From an uncultured Chloroflexia bacterium (GTDB taxonomy: Bacteria; Chloroflexota; Limnocylindria; Limnocylindrales; CSP1-4), in NCBI GenBank assembly GCA_963821235.1, contig CAWGCS010000001.1, positions 616,119 through 680,118 on the forward strand: 64,000 bases of DNA, written 5' to 3'. A program made the translations under genes and the position numbers. The notes under the pieces were generated by a model. That model had not been told where the DNA came from, did no database searches, and saw only the letters and a program-made list of their open reading frames with translations. This document shows, piece after piece, positions 13,522-24,011 of the stretch. Positions within the stretch are counted from its first letter, which is position 1; every line of letters begins with the position of its first letter.

Positions 13522-13612
13522 CGCCAGCCTGTCACGGCGGCGGCAGTATAGCAAAGGGTTGCGGAGCGGTCGCGAAGGTGGCCGGGGCCGCGGATGGGGA
13601 ATCGACGAGGGA

Positions 13613-14311
13613 TTATGGAGCGGGCGGCGGGCTCACGACGACGGGCGTCGGCGCCGCCGTCGGTCGTGGCGTCGGTCGTGGCGTCGGTCGTGGCGTGGGT
13701 CGTGGCGTCGGCCTGGGCGTGGGCTTCGGGGTGGGCCTGGCGGTGGGCTTCGGGGTCGGCGCCGCGGTCGGGGTCGGGCTCGGCGAGGGGCTCGGCGTCG
13801 GGGTCGGCGTCGGGGTCGGTGCCGGCGTGCGCGTCGGCGTCGCGGTCGGCGTCGCGGTCGGGCTCGGCGAGGGGGTCGGTGCCGGCGTGCGCGTCGGCGT
13901 CGCGGAGGGGAGGGTGGCCGGGGCCGACGAGGCCGCCAGCACGTTTCCGTCCGCCACGCCTCCTCGCGGCCAGACCGCGACGACGGCGACGACGGCGATC
14001 ACCCCGACGAGCAGCACGACGGACGTGGCGCGCCAGCGCTGGCGGCGCGCCGAGACCGCCCAGGTGGCATCGTCCGACGCCGCGGCGAGGGCAGCTTCCG
14101 GCGTCGGGAGATCGGGTCGGGGGGGCGGGCTGTCGGTGCGCCCGGTGAGCCAGGCCAGGCGCTCCATCGCCACCCGCTCGCTGGCCCGCACCGCGGCGGC
14201 GTCGGCCGCGCGGCGGCGGGCCCGGACGTGACGGCCCTCGCCCAGGGCGATCGAGAGCAGCAGGACCGCGACGAGGATCCCGATGGCCAGGAGCGGCACC
14301 TCCAGCGCCAT
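13613..14311 (-). CDS. Membrane-anchored Pro/Thr-rich protein
   Basis: Two hydrophobic segments then a long (PT)n/(RPTP)n tail; start abuts the upstream gene stop. Confidence 0.7.
   Translation of the reverse strand: MALEVPLLAIGILVAVLLLSIALGEGRHVRARRRAADAAAVRASERVAMERLAWLTGRTDSPPPRPDLPTPEAALAAASDDATWAVSARRQRWRATSVVLLVGVIAVVAVVAVWPRGGVADGNVLAASSAPATLPSATPTRTPAPTPSPSPTATPTATPTRTPAPTPTPTPTPSPSPSPTPTAAPTPKPTARPTPKPTPRPTPRPTPRPTPRPTPRPTAAPTPVVVSPPPAP
13655..13905. repeat. Coding tandem repeats of the PT-rich tail
   Basis: 12-bp GTCGGTCGTGGC-like units in tandem plus a ~33-bp block duplicated at ~13813 and ~13873. Confidence 0.8.
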
Positions 14312-14314
14312 CGC

Positions 14315-15388
14315 TCAGTCGCCGTCCGACGCCCGCTCGTCGACGGCCCGGTCCAGGAGGAGGATGGCCAGGCCGAAGACGACGAAGGCGCCCAGGAACG
14401 CGTACAGCTGGCCGCTGCCCGACAGGAGCAGGGACAGCGCGCCGAGCCCCGCGCAGATGGCGTAGATGAGGAGGACGGTCTGGGTGTGGGAGAGCCCAAG
14501 GTCCAGGAGGCGGTGGTGGATGTGGCCGCGATCGGGCGAGAACGGCGAGCGACCCCCGAGGAGGCGCCGGACGATGATGTAGAACGTGTCGATGATCGGG
14601 ACGCCGAGGACGAGGAGGGCGACGGCCACCTTCGCGCTGCCGAGGATCGAGAGCAGGGCCAGGGTGTAGCCGACGAAGACGACGCCGCTCGTGCCGATGA
14701 AGATCGAGGCCGGGTGGAAGTTCCAGCGCAGGAAGCCGAGGAGGGCGCCCGCGAGCGTCACGCAGACGAGGGCCACGACGGGCTGGGTGTTGGGCCCGGT
14801 CAGGCTGATGATCCCCAGGGTGACGGCCGCGATGAGGGCCACCCCGGAGGAGAGCCCGTCGAGCCCGTCGATGAAGTTGATGCTGTTGATCATCCCCACG
14901 ATCCAGACCACCGCGAAGGCGGCCCCGAAGATGCCTTCGAGGCGGATGGCGCCCGGCCCGAACGGGTTGGCGACCACGCCCACGCTGATCCCCAGCACGA
15001 CCGGGACGAGGGCCACGAGGACCTGGCCGCCGAGCTGCCAGCGGGCCCGCAGGTCGAAGCGGTCGTCGAGGAGCCCGACCCCGACCGCCACGATCCCGCC
15101 CGCCAGGAGCGCCGCGAGCCCAGGGCCCGGGATGGCGTCGCGCGGCTTCCAGATCCCCACGGCCGCGTCGATGGCGAGCAGGCCCCCCACGACGGCGAGG
15201 TAGGCGACGGCGACCGCCACGCCGCCGCCCCGCGGCACGGGGCTGGTGTTGACGCGGCGGGCATCGGGAAGGTCGACGGCGTCGACGCGGCGGGCGAGAC
15301 GCCGGACGAGCGGCGTGAGGCCGAACGAAAGGGCGGCTGCCCCGAGGAACGCGACGACCGCGGGGACGAGGAGGTCCGCCGTGGTCAC
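14315..15388 (-). CDS. WecA/TagO-like polyprenyl-phosphate GlcNAc-1-P transferase (MraY/GT4 family)
   Basis: PRGGG, GLLDD, NSINFIDGLDGL, WNFHPASIFIG, DRGHIHHRL. Confidence 0.9.
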   Translation of the reverse strand: MTTADLLVPAVVAFLGAAALSFGLTPLVRRLARRVDAVDLPDARRVNTSPVPRGGGVAVAVAYLAVVGGLLAIDAAVGIWKPRDAIPGPGLAALLAGGIVAVGVGLLDDRFDLRARWQLGGQVLVALVPVVLGISVGVVANPFGPGAIRLEGIFGAAFAVVWIVGMINSINFIDGLDGLSSGVALIAAVTLGIISLTGPNTQPVVALVCVTLAGALLGFLRWNFHPASIFIGTSGVVFVGYTLALLSILGSAKVAVALLVLGVPIIDTFYIIVRRLLGGRSPFSPDRGHIHHRLLDLGLSHTQTVLLIYAICAGLGALSLLLSGSGQLYAFLGAFVVFGLAILLLDRAVDERASDGD

Positions 15389-15410
15389 CGGGTCCTCCCC
15401 GGGGTCTCCG

Positions 15411-16685
15411 TCACGCCTCGGGCAGGCCCGGGACCGGGAAGCGGGCGCAGATGTCGCGCACCTCGGCGCGGATCCGGGCGTGCTCCGCCGGCTCGTCCCG
15501 CGTCTGGAGGGCCTCCACGAGCAGGCGGCCGACCTGGCGCATCTCCGCCGGGCCGAAGCCGCGGGTCGTGGTGGCGGGCGTCCCGACGCGAATCCCGGAG
15601 GTGACGTTGGGAGGCGCGGGATCGAAGGGGATGGTGTTCTTGTTGACGGTGATCCCGACGTCGTCGAGGAGTCGCTCGGCGTCGCGGCCGGTCGTCTCGA
15701 AGGGCCGCACGTCGATCGAGAACACGTGGGTGTCGGTCCCGCCGGAGATGATCCGGCCGCCGCGGGCCGCGATCTCCTCCGCCAGGACCCTGGCGTTCTC
15801 GACCGTCCGTCGCTGGTCCGCCCGGAACTCCTCCGCGGCGGCCAGCCGAAGGGCGACCGCCTTGGCCGCGATGACGTGCATGAGCGGGCCGCCCTGGATG
15901 CCGGGGAAGACCGCCCGGTCGACCGCCGAGGCCAGGCCGCTCGAGGCGAAGATGAGCCCGCCGCGCGGCCCGCGCAGGGTCTTGTGGGTGGTCGTGGTCA
16001 CGAGGTCGGCGTCGGGGAAGGGCGAGGGATGGACACCAGCCGCCACGAGGCCCGCGATGTGGGCCATGTCGACGAGGAGGAGGGCGTTCACGCCGTGGGC
16101 GATGGCGGCCAGGCGCTCGAAGTCGAGGATCCGGGAGTACATGCTGGCGCCGGCGATGAGAAGCTTCGGGCGGACCTCGCGCGCCTGCCGTTCGAGTGCG
16201 TCGTAGTCGATCGTCTCGGTGGCCGGGTCGAGGCCGTAGTGGTGGGCCTCGAACCACTTGCCGCTGAGGTTCACCTTCAGGCCGTGGGTCAGGTGGCCGC
16301 CGTGGTCGAGGCGGAGGCCGAGGATGCGATCTCCCGGGGCCAGCACGGCGAAGAAGGCCGCCTGGTTCGCCTGCGCCCCGGAGTGGGGCTGGACGTTGAC
16401 GTGGGCCGCGCCCGGGAAGAGGGCCAGGGCCCGCTCCTGGGCCAGCCGCTCGACCACGTCGACCCACTCGCAGCCGCCGTAGTAGCGACGGCCCGGCAGG
16501 CCCTCCGCGTACTTGTTGGTGAGCCACGAGCCCTGGGCCTCCATGACCGCCGCGGAAGTGTAGTTCTCGCTCGCGATGAGCTCGATCTTCCAGCGCTGGC
16601 GCTCGCCCTCGCCGCGCATCGCCGCCCAGACCTCGGGGTCCACCTCCGCGACGGACGCCCAGGCGGTCCGCGGCACGCTCGCCAT
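15411..16685 (-). CDS. glyA: Serine hydroxymethyltransferase
   Basis: [34 protein letters not shown]. Confidence 0.97.
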   Translation of the reverse strand: MASVPRTAWASVAEVDPEVWAAMRGEGERQRWKIELIASENYTSAAVMEAQGSWLTNKYAEGLPGRRYYGGCEWVDVVERLAQERALALFPGAAHVNVQPHSGAQANQAAFFAVLAPGDRILGLRLDHGGHLTHGLKVNLSGKWFEAHHYGLDPATETIDYDALERQAREVRPKLLIAGASMYSRILDFERLAAIAHGVNALLLVDMAHIAGLVAAGVHPSPFPDADLVTTTTHKTLRGPRGGLIFASSGLASAVDRAVFPGIQGGPLMHVIAAKAVALRLAAAEEFRADQRRTVENARVLAEEIAARGGRIISGGTDTHVFSIDVRPFETTGRDAERLLDDVGITVNKNTIPFDPAPPNVTSGIRVGTPATTTRGFGPAEMRQVGRLLVEALQTRDEPAEHARIRAEVRDICARFPVPGLPEA

Positions 16686-16794
16686 GCTCACTCGCGACTC
16701 CTTCCCGCCCGGTCGATCCCGCACGCGTCCGGCTGCGCCCATTCTGGCCCAAGGGACCGGCCGGCGTCCCCCGGGGTGGCGCCGACCCGGGCGC

Positions 16795-17634
16795 TCACGA
16801 CGGCCGGCGACCTCCGAGGACCAGCTCCTCGAGCACCTGCGCGGCACCCTCCTCCGCCAGCGGTGGGGCCACGACCCGGGCGACCGACCGCACGGCGTCG
16901 GGCGCCCCGGCCATGGCGACTCCCGTCCCGGCCTCGGCGATCATCTCCAGGTCGTTGAGCTGGTCGCCGATCGCGAGGGTCGCCCGGAGGTCGACACCGA
17001 GCCGGCGAGCGAGGTATCGCAGGGCGCCGCCCTTGTTCACGCCCGGGGCGAGGAGCTCGAGGAACATCGGGTGGCTCACGGTGGGGTCGGCACGGCCGGC
17101 GAACGCCGCCCGAGCAGCCTCCAGGGATGCCTCGGGCAGGGGGGGAGGCCCGACGGAGATGATCTTGGTGACCGGGCCGCGGATCCACGCGTCGAGGTCC
17201 GGCACCAGGACCACGCGCCCGAAGTTCCAGCGCGAGTAGTCGTCGGCGCGCGCGTCGGCGGCCGGGACGACCATGCGCTCGAGGTGGTTCAGGTGGGGCG
17301 CCAGCCCCGCCGACCGGCACCAGGCGAGCGCGTCGCGGGCGACGGCGGCGGGCAGCGGGCGGTGGAGCAGGAGCCGCCCCAGGCGGTTGCTGCCCGCGGG
17401 CGGCATCTCCCGGACCAGCGCCCCCTGCAGGCCGACGAGCGGGTCGCGGAGCCCCAGCTCCAGGGCGTACGGAAGGGCCGAGCTGGTCATCCGGCCGGTC
17501 ACGATGGCGACGTGGACGCCGCGCGCCACCACCGCCCGGACCGTCGCCCTGGTCCTCGGCGGGAGCCGGAGATCGTCGCCGATCAGGGTCCCGTCCAGGT
17601 CGAGGGCGACGAGACGGATGCGGCTCCGGCTCAC
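16795..17634 (-). CDS. Cof-type HAD hydrolase
   Basis: [23 protein letters not shown]. Confidence 0.92.
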   Translation of the reverse strand: MSRSRIRLVALDLDGTLIGDDLRLPPRTRATVRAVVARGVHVAIVTGRMTSSALPYALELGLRDPLVGLQGALVREMPPAGSNRLGRLLLHRPLPAAVARDALAWCRSAGLAPHLNHLERMVVPAADARADDYSRWNFGRVVLVPDLDAWIRGPVTKIISVGPPPLPEASLEAARAAFAGRADPTVSHPMFLELLAPGVNKGGALRYLARRLGVDLRATLAIGDQLNDLEMIAEAGTGVAMAGAPDAVRSVARVVAPPLAEEGAAQVLEELVLGGRRPS

Positions 17635-18554
17635 GCGGGCGCCGCGAGGACGGCCACGCGGGGATGCCCCGCAAGGTCCGTCTCCACCCGCACGTCCCAG
17701 CCGGGGAGGCGCTCGGCAGCGGCCGCGTGGACGGCGCCACCCTGGTCGCTGCCGATCTCCAGGAGGGCGGTGCCGCCGGCGACCAGTCGGTCAGGCAGCG
17801 CCAGGAGGAGGCGCCGCAGGACGTCGAGGCCGTCGGGGCCGCCGTCGAGCGCGGCCGGGGGCTCGAACGAGGCCGCCACCGCCAGCACCGGCACCACGTC
17901 GCTGGGGATGTAGGGCAGGTTCGCCACCACGATGTCGAAGCGCGCCGGGACCGTCAACAAGCCGGCCGAGCGTCCGGCGGCGGGCAGGAGGTCCGCCTCG
18001 GTTACCCCGACCCGGTCGGCGACCCCGTGCCCGACGGCGTTCTCGCGGGCCAGGGCCGCCGCGTCGGCGGAGGCGTCGGAGGCGACGATCTCGACCTCGC
18101 CGAGCATGCCCCGCCGGCGCAGCCCCACGGCCAGGGCGACCGCGATCGCGCCGCTCCCCGTCCCCACGTCGACGACGGCGAGGGGCGCGGTCCCCGGCGG
18201 CCGCGGCGCCCGGCCCAGGCGATCGCCGATCTCGGCGACGGCGAGGTCCACCAGGACCTCGGTCTCGGGTCGCGGGATCAGGGCGCGGGCGTCGACGGCG
18301 AAGGCGAGGCCGTGGAACTCCTTGATGCCGCGGATGTAGGCCACCGGCTCGCCGGTCACGCGCCGCCGGAGGTGATCGGCGAAGCGCGCGGCGGCCTCGG
18401 GGCCGACGAACGCCTCGGGATGGGCCAGGATGGCGGTCCGGTCCACGCCGACGGCGTGGGCCAGCAGCAGCTCCGCGTCCAGGCGGGCGCTCTCGGACCC
18501 GCCCTCGCGGAGGCGGTCCACCGCGTCGCGGAGCAGCTCGCCGGTGGTCGCCAT
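17631..18554 (-). CDS. prmC: Release factor glutamine methyltransferase
   Basis: LIPRPETE, DVGTGSGAIA, ANLPYI; downstream of prfA. Confidence 0.95.
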   Translation of the reverse strand: MATTGELLRDAVDRLREGGSESARLDAELLLAHAVGVDRTAILAHPEAFVGPEAAARFADHLRRRVTGEPVAYIRGIKEFHGLAFAVDARALIPRPETEVLVDLAVAEIGDRLGRAPRPPGTAPLAVVDVGTGSGAIAVALAVGLRRRGMLGEVEIVASDASADAAALARENAVGHGVADRVGVTEADLLPAAGRSAGLLTVPARFDIVVANLPYIPSDVVPVLAVAASFEPPAALDGGPDGLDVLRRLLLALPDRLVAGGTALLEIGSDQGGAVHAAAAERLPGWDVRVETDLAGHPRVAVLAAPA

Positions 18555-18590
18555 CGCGGGGTGCCGCGGGGCCCGGGCTGCCGCCCGCGC

Positions 18591-19688
18591 CTACGCGGCG
18601 CCGTCCTCCTCGGTCAGGCTCCGCAGCTTCTCGGCCTGGTCGGTCTCGGCGAGCGCGTCGATGAGCCGGTCGAGGTTGCCGTCGAGCACGCCGGGCAGGT
18701 TGGAGAGATCCATCCCGATCCGGTGGTCGGTGACCCGGTCCTGGGGAAAGTTGTAGGTCCGGATCTTGTCCGCCCGGTCGCCCGAGCCGACCATGGAGCG
18801 GCGCACGGCGGAGTCGGCCTCGCGCTGTCGCGATCGCTCCGCGTCGAGGAGGCGCGCCCGCAGGATCGCCAGCGCCTTGGCCTTGTTCTTGTGCTGGCTG
18901 CGCTCGTCCTGGATCTCTACCACGAGGCCCGACGGCAGGTGGGTGATGCGGACGGCGGAGTCCGTGGTGTTGACGCCCTGGCCGCCCGGCCCCGACGCGC
19001 GCTTGACCTCGATGCGGAGATCCCGCTCTTCGTCGATCTCCAGGTCCGCCTCCTCCGCCTCGGGGAGGGCCACCACGGTGGCGGTCGAGGTGTGGATGCG
19101 ACCGGAGGACTCCGTGGCCGGGATGCGCTGGACGCGATGCGTCCCGCTCTCGTACTTGAGGCGGCTGTAGGCCCCGTCGCCGATGACCTGGACCACCGCC
19201 TCCTTGACGCCGCCGATGCCGGTCTCGTTGAGGGCCATGACCTCGGCCCGGAAGCGGTGGCGCTCCGCCCAGCGGAGGTACATCCGGAGGAGGTCGCCGG
19301 CGAAGAGGGCCGCCTCCTCGCCGCCCGCACCTGCCCGGATCTCGAGGATCACATTCTTGTCGTCGCTCGGATCCCGCGGCAGGAGGAGGACCTTGAGCGC
19401 CTCCAGCGCCGTCGCCTCGGCTGCCTCCAGCCGCTCGACCTCCTCGCGGGCCATCGCCCGAAGCTCATCGTCGCTCTCGCCATCCCGCATCTCGCGGGCC
19501 CCGGCCAGCTCGGCGCGCGTCGCCTCGAGGCCGCGGAAGGTCCGCACGACGGGCTCCAGGCGGGCCATCTCCTTGCCCAGGCGCCGCAGGGCATCAGGGT
19601 CCGAGGCGACCCCCGGGACGGCCAGCTCCGCCTGGAGGGACTCGTACTGGGCCACCACGGCCCGCAGCTTCTGGTCGAGCGAATCCAC
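18591..19688 (-). CDS. prfA: Peptide chain release factor 1
   Basis: PAT recognition tripeptide and GGQ motif. Confidence 0.97.
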   Translation of the reverse strand: MDSLDQKLRAVVAQYESLQAELAVPGVASDPDALRRLGKEMARLEPVVRTFRGLEATRAELAGAREMRDGESDDELRAMAREEVERLEAAEATALEALKVLLLPRDPSDDKNVILEIRAGAGGEEAALFAGDLLRMYLRWAERHRFRAEVMALNETGIGGVKEAVVQVIGDGAYSRLKYESGTHRVQRIPATESSGRIHTSTATVVALPEAEEADLEIDEERDLRIEVKRASGPGGQGVNTTDSAVRITHLPSGLVVEIQDERSQHKNKAKALAILRARLLDAERSRQREADSAVRRSMVGSGDRADKIRTYNFPQDRVTDHRIGMDLSNLPGVLDGNLDRLIDALAETDQAEKLRSLTEEDGAA

Positions 19689-19691
19689 GGG

Positions 19692-20678
19692 TCAGCCCTC
19701 GGCAGCCGGGGCCGGCGGCGCTCCAGCGAGGATGAGCGGCGAGCGGACGATCCCGCCGCTCCCCGGGGGCAGGGACTCGCCGTCGGCGGCCATCGCCTGC
19801 TCCATGCTCACGATCGCGACCTCGATCATCTCGTCGGTCGGCTGCTTCGTGGTGATCTTCTGGACCCAGATCCCGGGCTCGAAGAAGACCCGGACCAGGG
19901 GGTTGGGGCGGTGGCGGGCACCGAAGCGGAGCAGCTCGTAGCTGACCGCCGCGATCAGCGGGATGAGGATCACCCGGCTGGCGATCGTGACGAGGATCTC
20001 CTGTCGTCCGACGATCGAGAAGGCGAGGATCGAGACGAGGATCACCACGACCAGGAACTCGGTCCCGCATCGCGGATGGGCGGTCGGGTACTTGCGGATC
20101 TCCTCGACCGTCAGCGGGTCGCCGGCCTCGAGCGCGTGGATCGTCATGTGCTCGGCGCCGTGGTACTGGAAGGTCCGCCGGACGTCGCTGGTCCGCCCGA
20201 TGAGGATGAGGTAGCCCAGGAAGATCGCGACCTGGACGACGCCCTCCACGATGCGCTCCACCACGCCCGGCTGCCCGCCAGCCACGAAGCGGGCGATGAG
20301 GAGGGGCAGGAAGAAGAAGAGGCCGACGCCGAGGACGAGGGTGAGGACCAGCATCAGGGCGACCGAGCCCTTGCCGAGGTCCGCCGCGTCGGCCGGGCGA
20401 CCGTCGGCGGTCGTGGCCGGCGGGAGCTCGTCGGCCGCGGCCACGCCGGCCGAGCGGACGAGCCAGCGGGTCCCGATGACGAGCGTCTCGTAGAGGACCA
20501 CGAGCCCGCGCAGGAGTGGCAGGCGGGCCCAGCGGGTGCCGCGGAAGCCGGTCCCCAGGCGCTCGTCGGACCAGACGATCCGGCCGTCGGGGTGGCGAAG
20601 GGCGACCGCGATCGCGTCGCGACCGCGCATGAGGACGCCCTCGATGAGCGCCTGGCCGCCGTACGAGAACCGAGCCAT
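19692..20678 (-). CDS. DUF1385 membrane protein
   Basis: YGGQALIEGVLMRG, FQYHGAEH, HPRCGT; usual rpmE-DUF1385-prfA context. Confidence 0.9.
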   Translation of the reverse strand: MARFSYGGQALIEGVLMRGRDAIAVALRHPDGRIVWSDERLGTGFRGTRWARLPLLRGLVVLYETLVIGTRWLVRSAGVAAADELPPATTADGRPADAADLGKGSVALMLVLTLVLGVGLFFFLPLLIARFVAGGQPGVVERIVEGVVQVAIFLGYLILIGRTSDVRRTFQYHGAEHMTIHALEAGDPLTVEEIRKYPTAHPRCGTEFLVVVILVSILAFSIVGRQEILVTIASRVILIPLIAAVSYELLRFGARHRPNPLVRVFFEPGIWVQKITTKQPTDEMIEVAIVSMEQAMAADGESLPPGSGGIVRSPLILAGAPPAPAAEG

Positions 20679-20769
20679 CGGTTGGGAGTCTACCGGCCGG
20701 GAATCAGGACGGCGGGCCTGGTGGCCCGCCGTTCGATCGCGTGGGGTCCGGGCGTCGGTCGATCCGGGC

Positions 20770-20985
20770 TCAGCGGCCGCTCTGGGCGCGGTCGAGGCGG
20801 CGCTGGAAGCGCTCGACCTGGCCGGCCGTGTCCATGATCATCTGCTTGCCCGTGAAGAACGGGTGGCAGCTGCTGCAGACGTCGACGCGGAGCGTCTCGC
20901 GGGTGGAGCCGACCTCGAACTCGGTCCCGCAGGTGCCGCAGTGGACCTTCGCCTTGTAGTACTTGGGGTGGATGCCCTGCTTCAT
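20770..20985 (-). CDS. rpmE: 50S ribosomal protein L31 (four-Cys form)
   Basis: MKQGIHPKY..CGTCG..CSSCHPFFTG. Confidence 0.97.
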   Translation of the reverse strand: MKQGIHPKYYKAKVHCGTCGTEFEVGSTRETLRVDVCSSCHPFFTGKQMIMDTAGQVERFQRRLDRAQSGR

Positions 20986-21007
20986 CGGTGAACCTCGGGT
21001 CGGCGCG

Positions 21008-21325
21008 TCAGGCGCCTGCGGGGGCGCTCTCGGCCGCGATCGGCGCCTCGGCGACCGCGGCGGCCTCCGTGGCGACGGGCTCGATGCGGACGCGCTTCTT
21101 GCTGCGGGTCTGGTGCTCGAAGCGGACCCGGCCCTCGACGGTGGCGAAGACCGTGTAGTCGCGCCCGAGCCCGGTGCCCGTTCCGGCGATGAAGGTCATG
21201 CCGCGCTGGCGGACGAGGATGGAGCCGGCCGGGACGAGCTGGCCGTCGCCGACCTTGACGCCCAGCCGCTGGCCGACGGAGTCGCGGCCGTTCTTCGAGC
21301 TGGAGCCTGCCTTCTTGTGGGCCAT
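21008..21325 (-). CDS. rpmA: 50S ribosomal protein L27
   Basis: [21 protein letters not shown]. Confidence 0.98.
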   Translation of the reverse strand: MAHKKAGSSSKNGRDSVGQRLGVKVGDGQLVPAGSILVRQRGMTFIAGTGTGLGRDYTVFATVEGRVRFEHQTRSKKRVRIEPVATEAAAVAEAPIAAESAPAGA

Positions 21326-21328
21326 CGA

Positions 21329-21913
21329 TCAGTCTTCCTTCTTCGCGGCGCGGGTCCGCTTCGGCTTGGCCGGGGCCTCCGCCCCGGCGCCCCCCGACGC
21401 GTCCGCCTTCGGGGCGCGCGTCCGGGTCCTGGTCGGCTTCTCCGGCGCGGCGGGAGCTGCCTTCGCCTCGGCCTTCGCCGCGAGCTTCGCGGCGAGCTCC
21501 GCGTCGGCGGCCGCCTGGGCCGTTGCGGCCTCCTCGAGGCGCATGCGCTCGGTCCGCCTGGCCTCGGCGGCCTTGCGGGCCTCCTCCGCGGCGCTCTTGC
21601 CGTTGAGGGCCACGTCCGTGATCCGCAGGACCGTCTGCTCCTGGCGATGGCCCTTCTTGACCCGTCGGCGCGCCTTGGGCTTGTACTTGAACGAGATGAC
21701 CTTGTCGGCGCGGTCGTTGCGGAGGACCGTCGCGCTCACCGTCGCCCCGTCGACGACCGGCCGGCCGATGGCCGCCTCGTCGCCGTCTGCCACGAGGAGG
21801 ACGCGATCGAGCGTGATCTCCTGGCCTGCTTCGACCTCGAGGAGCTCGACGCTGAGCTCGGTGCCGACCTCGACGCGGTACTGCTTCCCGCCGGTCTCGA
21901 TGACTGCGTACAT
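21329..21913 (-). CDS. rplU: 50S ribosomal protein L21 with Ala/Lys-rich C-terminal extension
   Basis: MYAVIETGGKQY...KKGHRQ. Confidence 0.96.
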   Translation of the reverse strand: MYAVIETGGKQYRVEVGTELSVELLEVEAGQEITLDRVLLVADGDEAAIGRPVVDGATVSATVLRNDRADKVISFKYKPKARRRVKKGHRQEQTVLRITDVALNGKSAAEEARKAAEARRTERMRLEEAATAQAAADAELAAKLAAKAEAKAAPAAPEKPTRTRTRAPKADASGGAGAEAPAKPKRTRAAKKED

Positions 21914-22087
21914 GGATCTCCGGGGTTGGGCCGTCGCGCGGGCGCGGGCCGCGGGTGAAGCGGCCAGTGGGCCGCGGGTGGCACGACGAGGCGTCCGGTC
22001 TCGCCGGGCGCGAATGAGGAGTGTACGGCCGACGGCCCCATCGCGCAACCGGCGGTGCCCGCGGTCGTGGGTCGATCCGGCCCGCTG

Positions 22088-22891
22088 TCAGGCCAGGAGG
22101 TCGCGCCGCCGGAAGAGCAGGAGCGCGGCCAGCCAGCCGGCGACCGCGACCCCAGCGAAGGCGACGATCCCGACCCAGTCGACGATCCCCTCGTCGATCA
22201 GCCTGGAGAACATCAGGTACTTGAAGGCCGAGAGGTCGCCAAGCCATGCCAGGCTGGGCTGGAGCTGGGCGATGACGTTGACCAGGTACATGGCGATGAG
22301 GATCCCTGCCGTCGCGCCCGCCGCGATCCCCCTGCTCAGGGTCAGGACCGCGATGAGGGAGGCCACGCCGGCGATGGCGCAGCCGAAGAGGAAGAGGATG
22401 ACCCCGCCCGCCAGGAACCGAGGCGCGTCGAAGGACGCGCCGACCAGGGCGGCCACGACCAGCACGCCGAGGACCGTGGCCAGGGCCAGCATGGCCATGG
22501 ATACGACCTGGCCGCCGATCGAGGCCAGCATGTGGCTCGTCCGCGTGAGCGGCGTCCCGAGCGGCATCTCGATCCAGCCCCGCTCCGTGTCCGCGGCGGT
22601 CGCCCGGGTGGCCCCGACGATGGCCGCGATGGCGGCCACGACCGGCCACAGGAAGCTTCCGATGTAGGTCGAGAAGAAGACGCCGGGGTCGGAGAGGCTG
22701 CCCGTCATCCCGAAGGCGGCCATCATCTCCTTCGGGAAGAGCTTCATGTAGTCATCGATCATCGCCGCGTTGTCGACCATGATCGGGTAGAAGGCGGCCA
22801 TGATCGCGCCGTAGGCCAGCACGATCACGGCCAGCCAGCCGACGACCGCGCGGCTGCGGCGGAGCTCCAGGCGGAGCGAGCGGGCGGTCAT
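22088..22891 (-). CDS. ABC-2 type transporter permease
   Basis: Multi-TM protein with ERGWIEMPLGTPLTR; ATGA overlap with the ATPase stop. Confidence 0.85.
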   Translation of the reverse strand: MTARSLRLELRRSRAVVGWLAVIVLAYGAIMAAFYPIMVDNAAMIDDYMKLFPKEMMAAFGMTGSLSDPGVFFSTYIGSFLWPVVAAIAAIVGATRATAADTERGWIEMPLGTPLTRTSHMLASIGGQVVSMAMLALATVLGVLVVAALVGASFDAPRFLAGGVILFLFGCAIAGVASLIAVLTLSRGIAAGATAGILIAMYLVNVIAQLQPSLAWLGDLSAFKYLMFSRLIDEGIVDWVGIVAFAGVAVAGWLAALLLFRRRDLLA

Positions 22892-23853
22892 GACACCACC
22901 TCCGGGGACGCGGCCGGCTCCTGGCCGGTCGACGAGCCGGCGGCCGCTTCGAGGCGGCCGTTCGAGCCGGCGACCGTGCCGTCGTAGTAGCGGAAGAAGA
23001 GATCCTCCACGTCCGGCGTGGAGATGGCGATGTCGCGGACGTCGAGCTCCGCCAGCCGCCTGAGGATGGGACCCACCTCGCCGCGAACCATGAGGTGGAC
23101 GTCCTGCCCGGTGCTGGAGAGGACCGTCACGCCGGGCAGGTCGAACGTGCCGTCGTCGGCGGGCCGGCCGAGGAGCAGGTTGATGGCACGGGTGTGATCC
23201 CCGACCAGGGCCTGGACGGTGGCCACCTTGACCAGCTTCCCTTCCCGGATGATCGCCACGCGGTCGCAGGCGCGCTCGACCTCCGTCAGGTTGTGGGACG
23301 AGAGGAAGACCGTCCGGCCGGCCTGGCGCGCCTCGGCCACGAGGGCCAGGAACTCGCGCTGCATGAGCGGATCGAGGCCGGTGGAGGGCTCGTCCATCAC
23401 CAGCAGCGGCTCGGTCCCCATGAAGACCTGGACCACGCCCACCTTCTGGCGGTTGCCACGCGACAGCTTCCTGACCTGCACGCCGGGGTCCAGGTCGAGG
23501 CGCTCCGCCAGCGGGCCCCAGACTCCCTTTGGCAGCCCCCGCAGGGCGCCGACGTGGTCGAGCAGCTGGGCGGCGCTGAGATCCCCCAGGTAGCCTGGAT
23601 CGCTGCCGAGGTGGGCCAGCGTCCGGTGGACGGCCGGCGCGTCCCGCCACGCGTCGCGTCCCCAGATCGTCGCCGTCCCGACGCTCGGCCGGATGAGGCC
23701 GAGGAGCATCCGGATCGTCGTCGTCTTGCCTGCCCCATTGGGGCCCAGGAAGCCGAAGACCTCCCCCTCGTGGACCGTGACGTCGAGGTCGAGCACCCCG
23801 CGTCGACTGCCGTACCACCGCGTCAGGCCGCGAAGCTCGATCGCGTCGGCCAT
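22888..23853 (-). CDS. ABC transporter ATP-binding protein
   Basis: GPNGAGKTT, LSRGNRQK, MDEPSTGLDP. Confidence 0.93.
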   Translation of the reverse strand: MADAIELRGLTRWYGSRRGVLDLDVTVHEGEVFGFLGPNGAGKTTTIRMLLGLIRPSVGTATIWGRDAWRDAPAVHRTLAHLGSDPGYLGDLSAAQLLDHVGALRGLPKGVWGPLAERLDLDPGVQVRKLSRGNRQKVGVVQVFMGTEPLLVMDEPSTGLDPLMQREFLALVAEARQAGRTVFLSSHNLTEVERACDRVAIIREGKLVKVATVQALVGDHTRAINLLLGRPADDGTFDLPGVTVLSSTGQDVHLMVRGEVGPILRRLAELDVRDIAISTPDVEDLFFRYYDGTVAGSNGRLEAAAGSSTGQEPAASPEVVS

Positions 23854-24011
23854 GGCGCACCTCCGTCCATGTCACAGGGGCGCGGTGCGCCGGGTCGGGC
23901 CCGGACCAAGGGCTCGCCCGCACCGCCAACGGCCCACGGTGAGCCCCACGGTGGGAGCGGGCGAGAGCCGCTCGGCATGATCGGATCGGGACGGACGTCC
24001 CGACCGGAATC

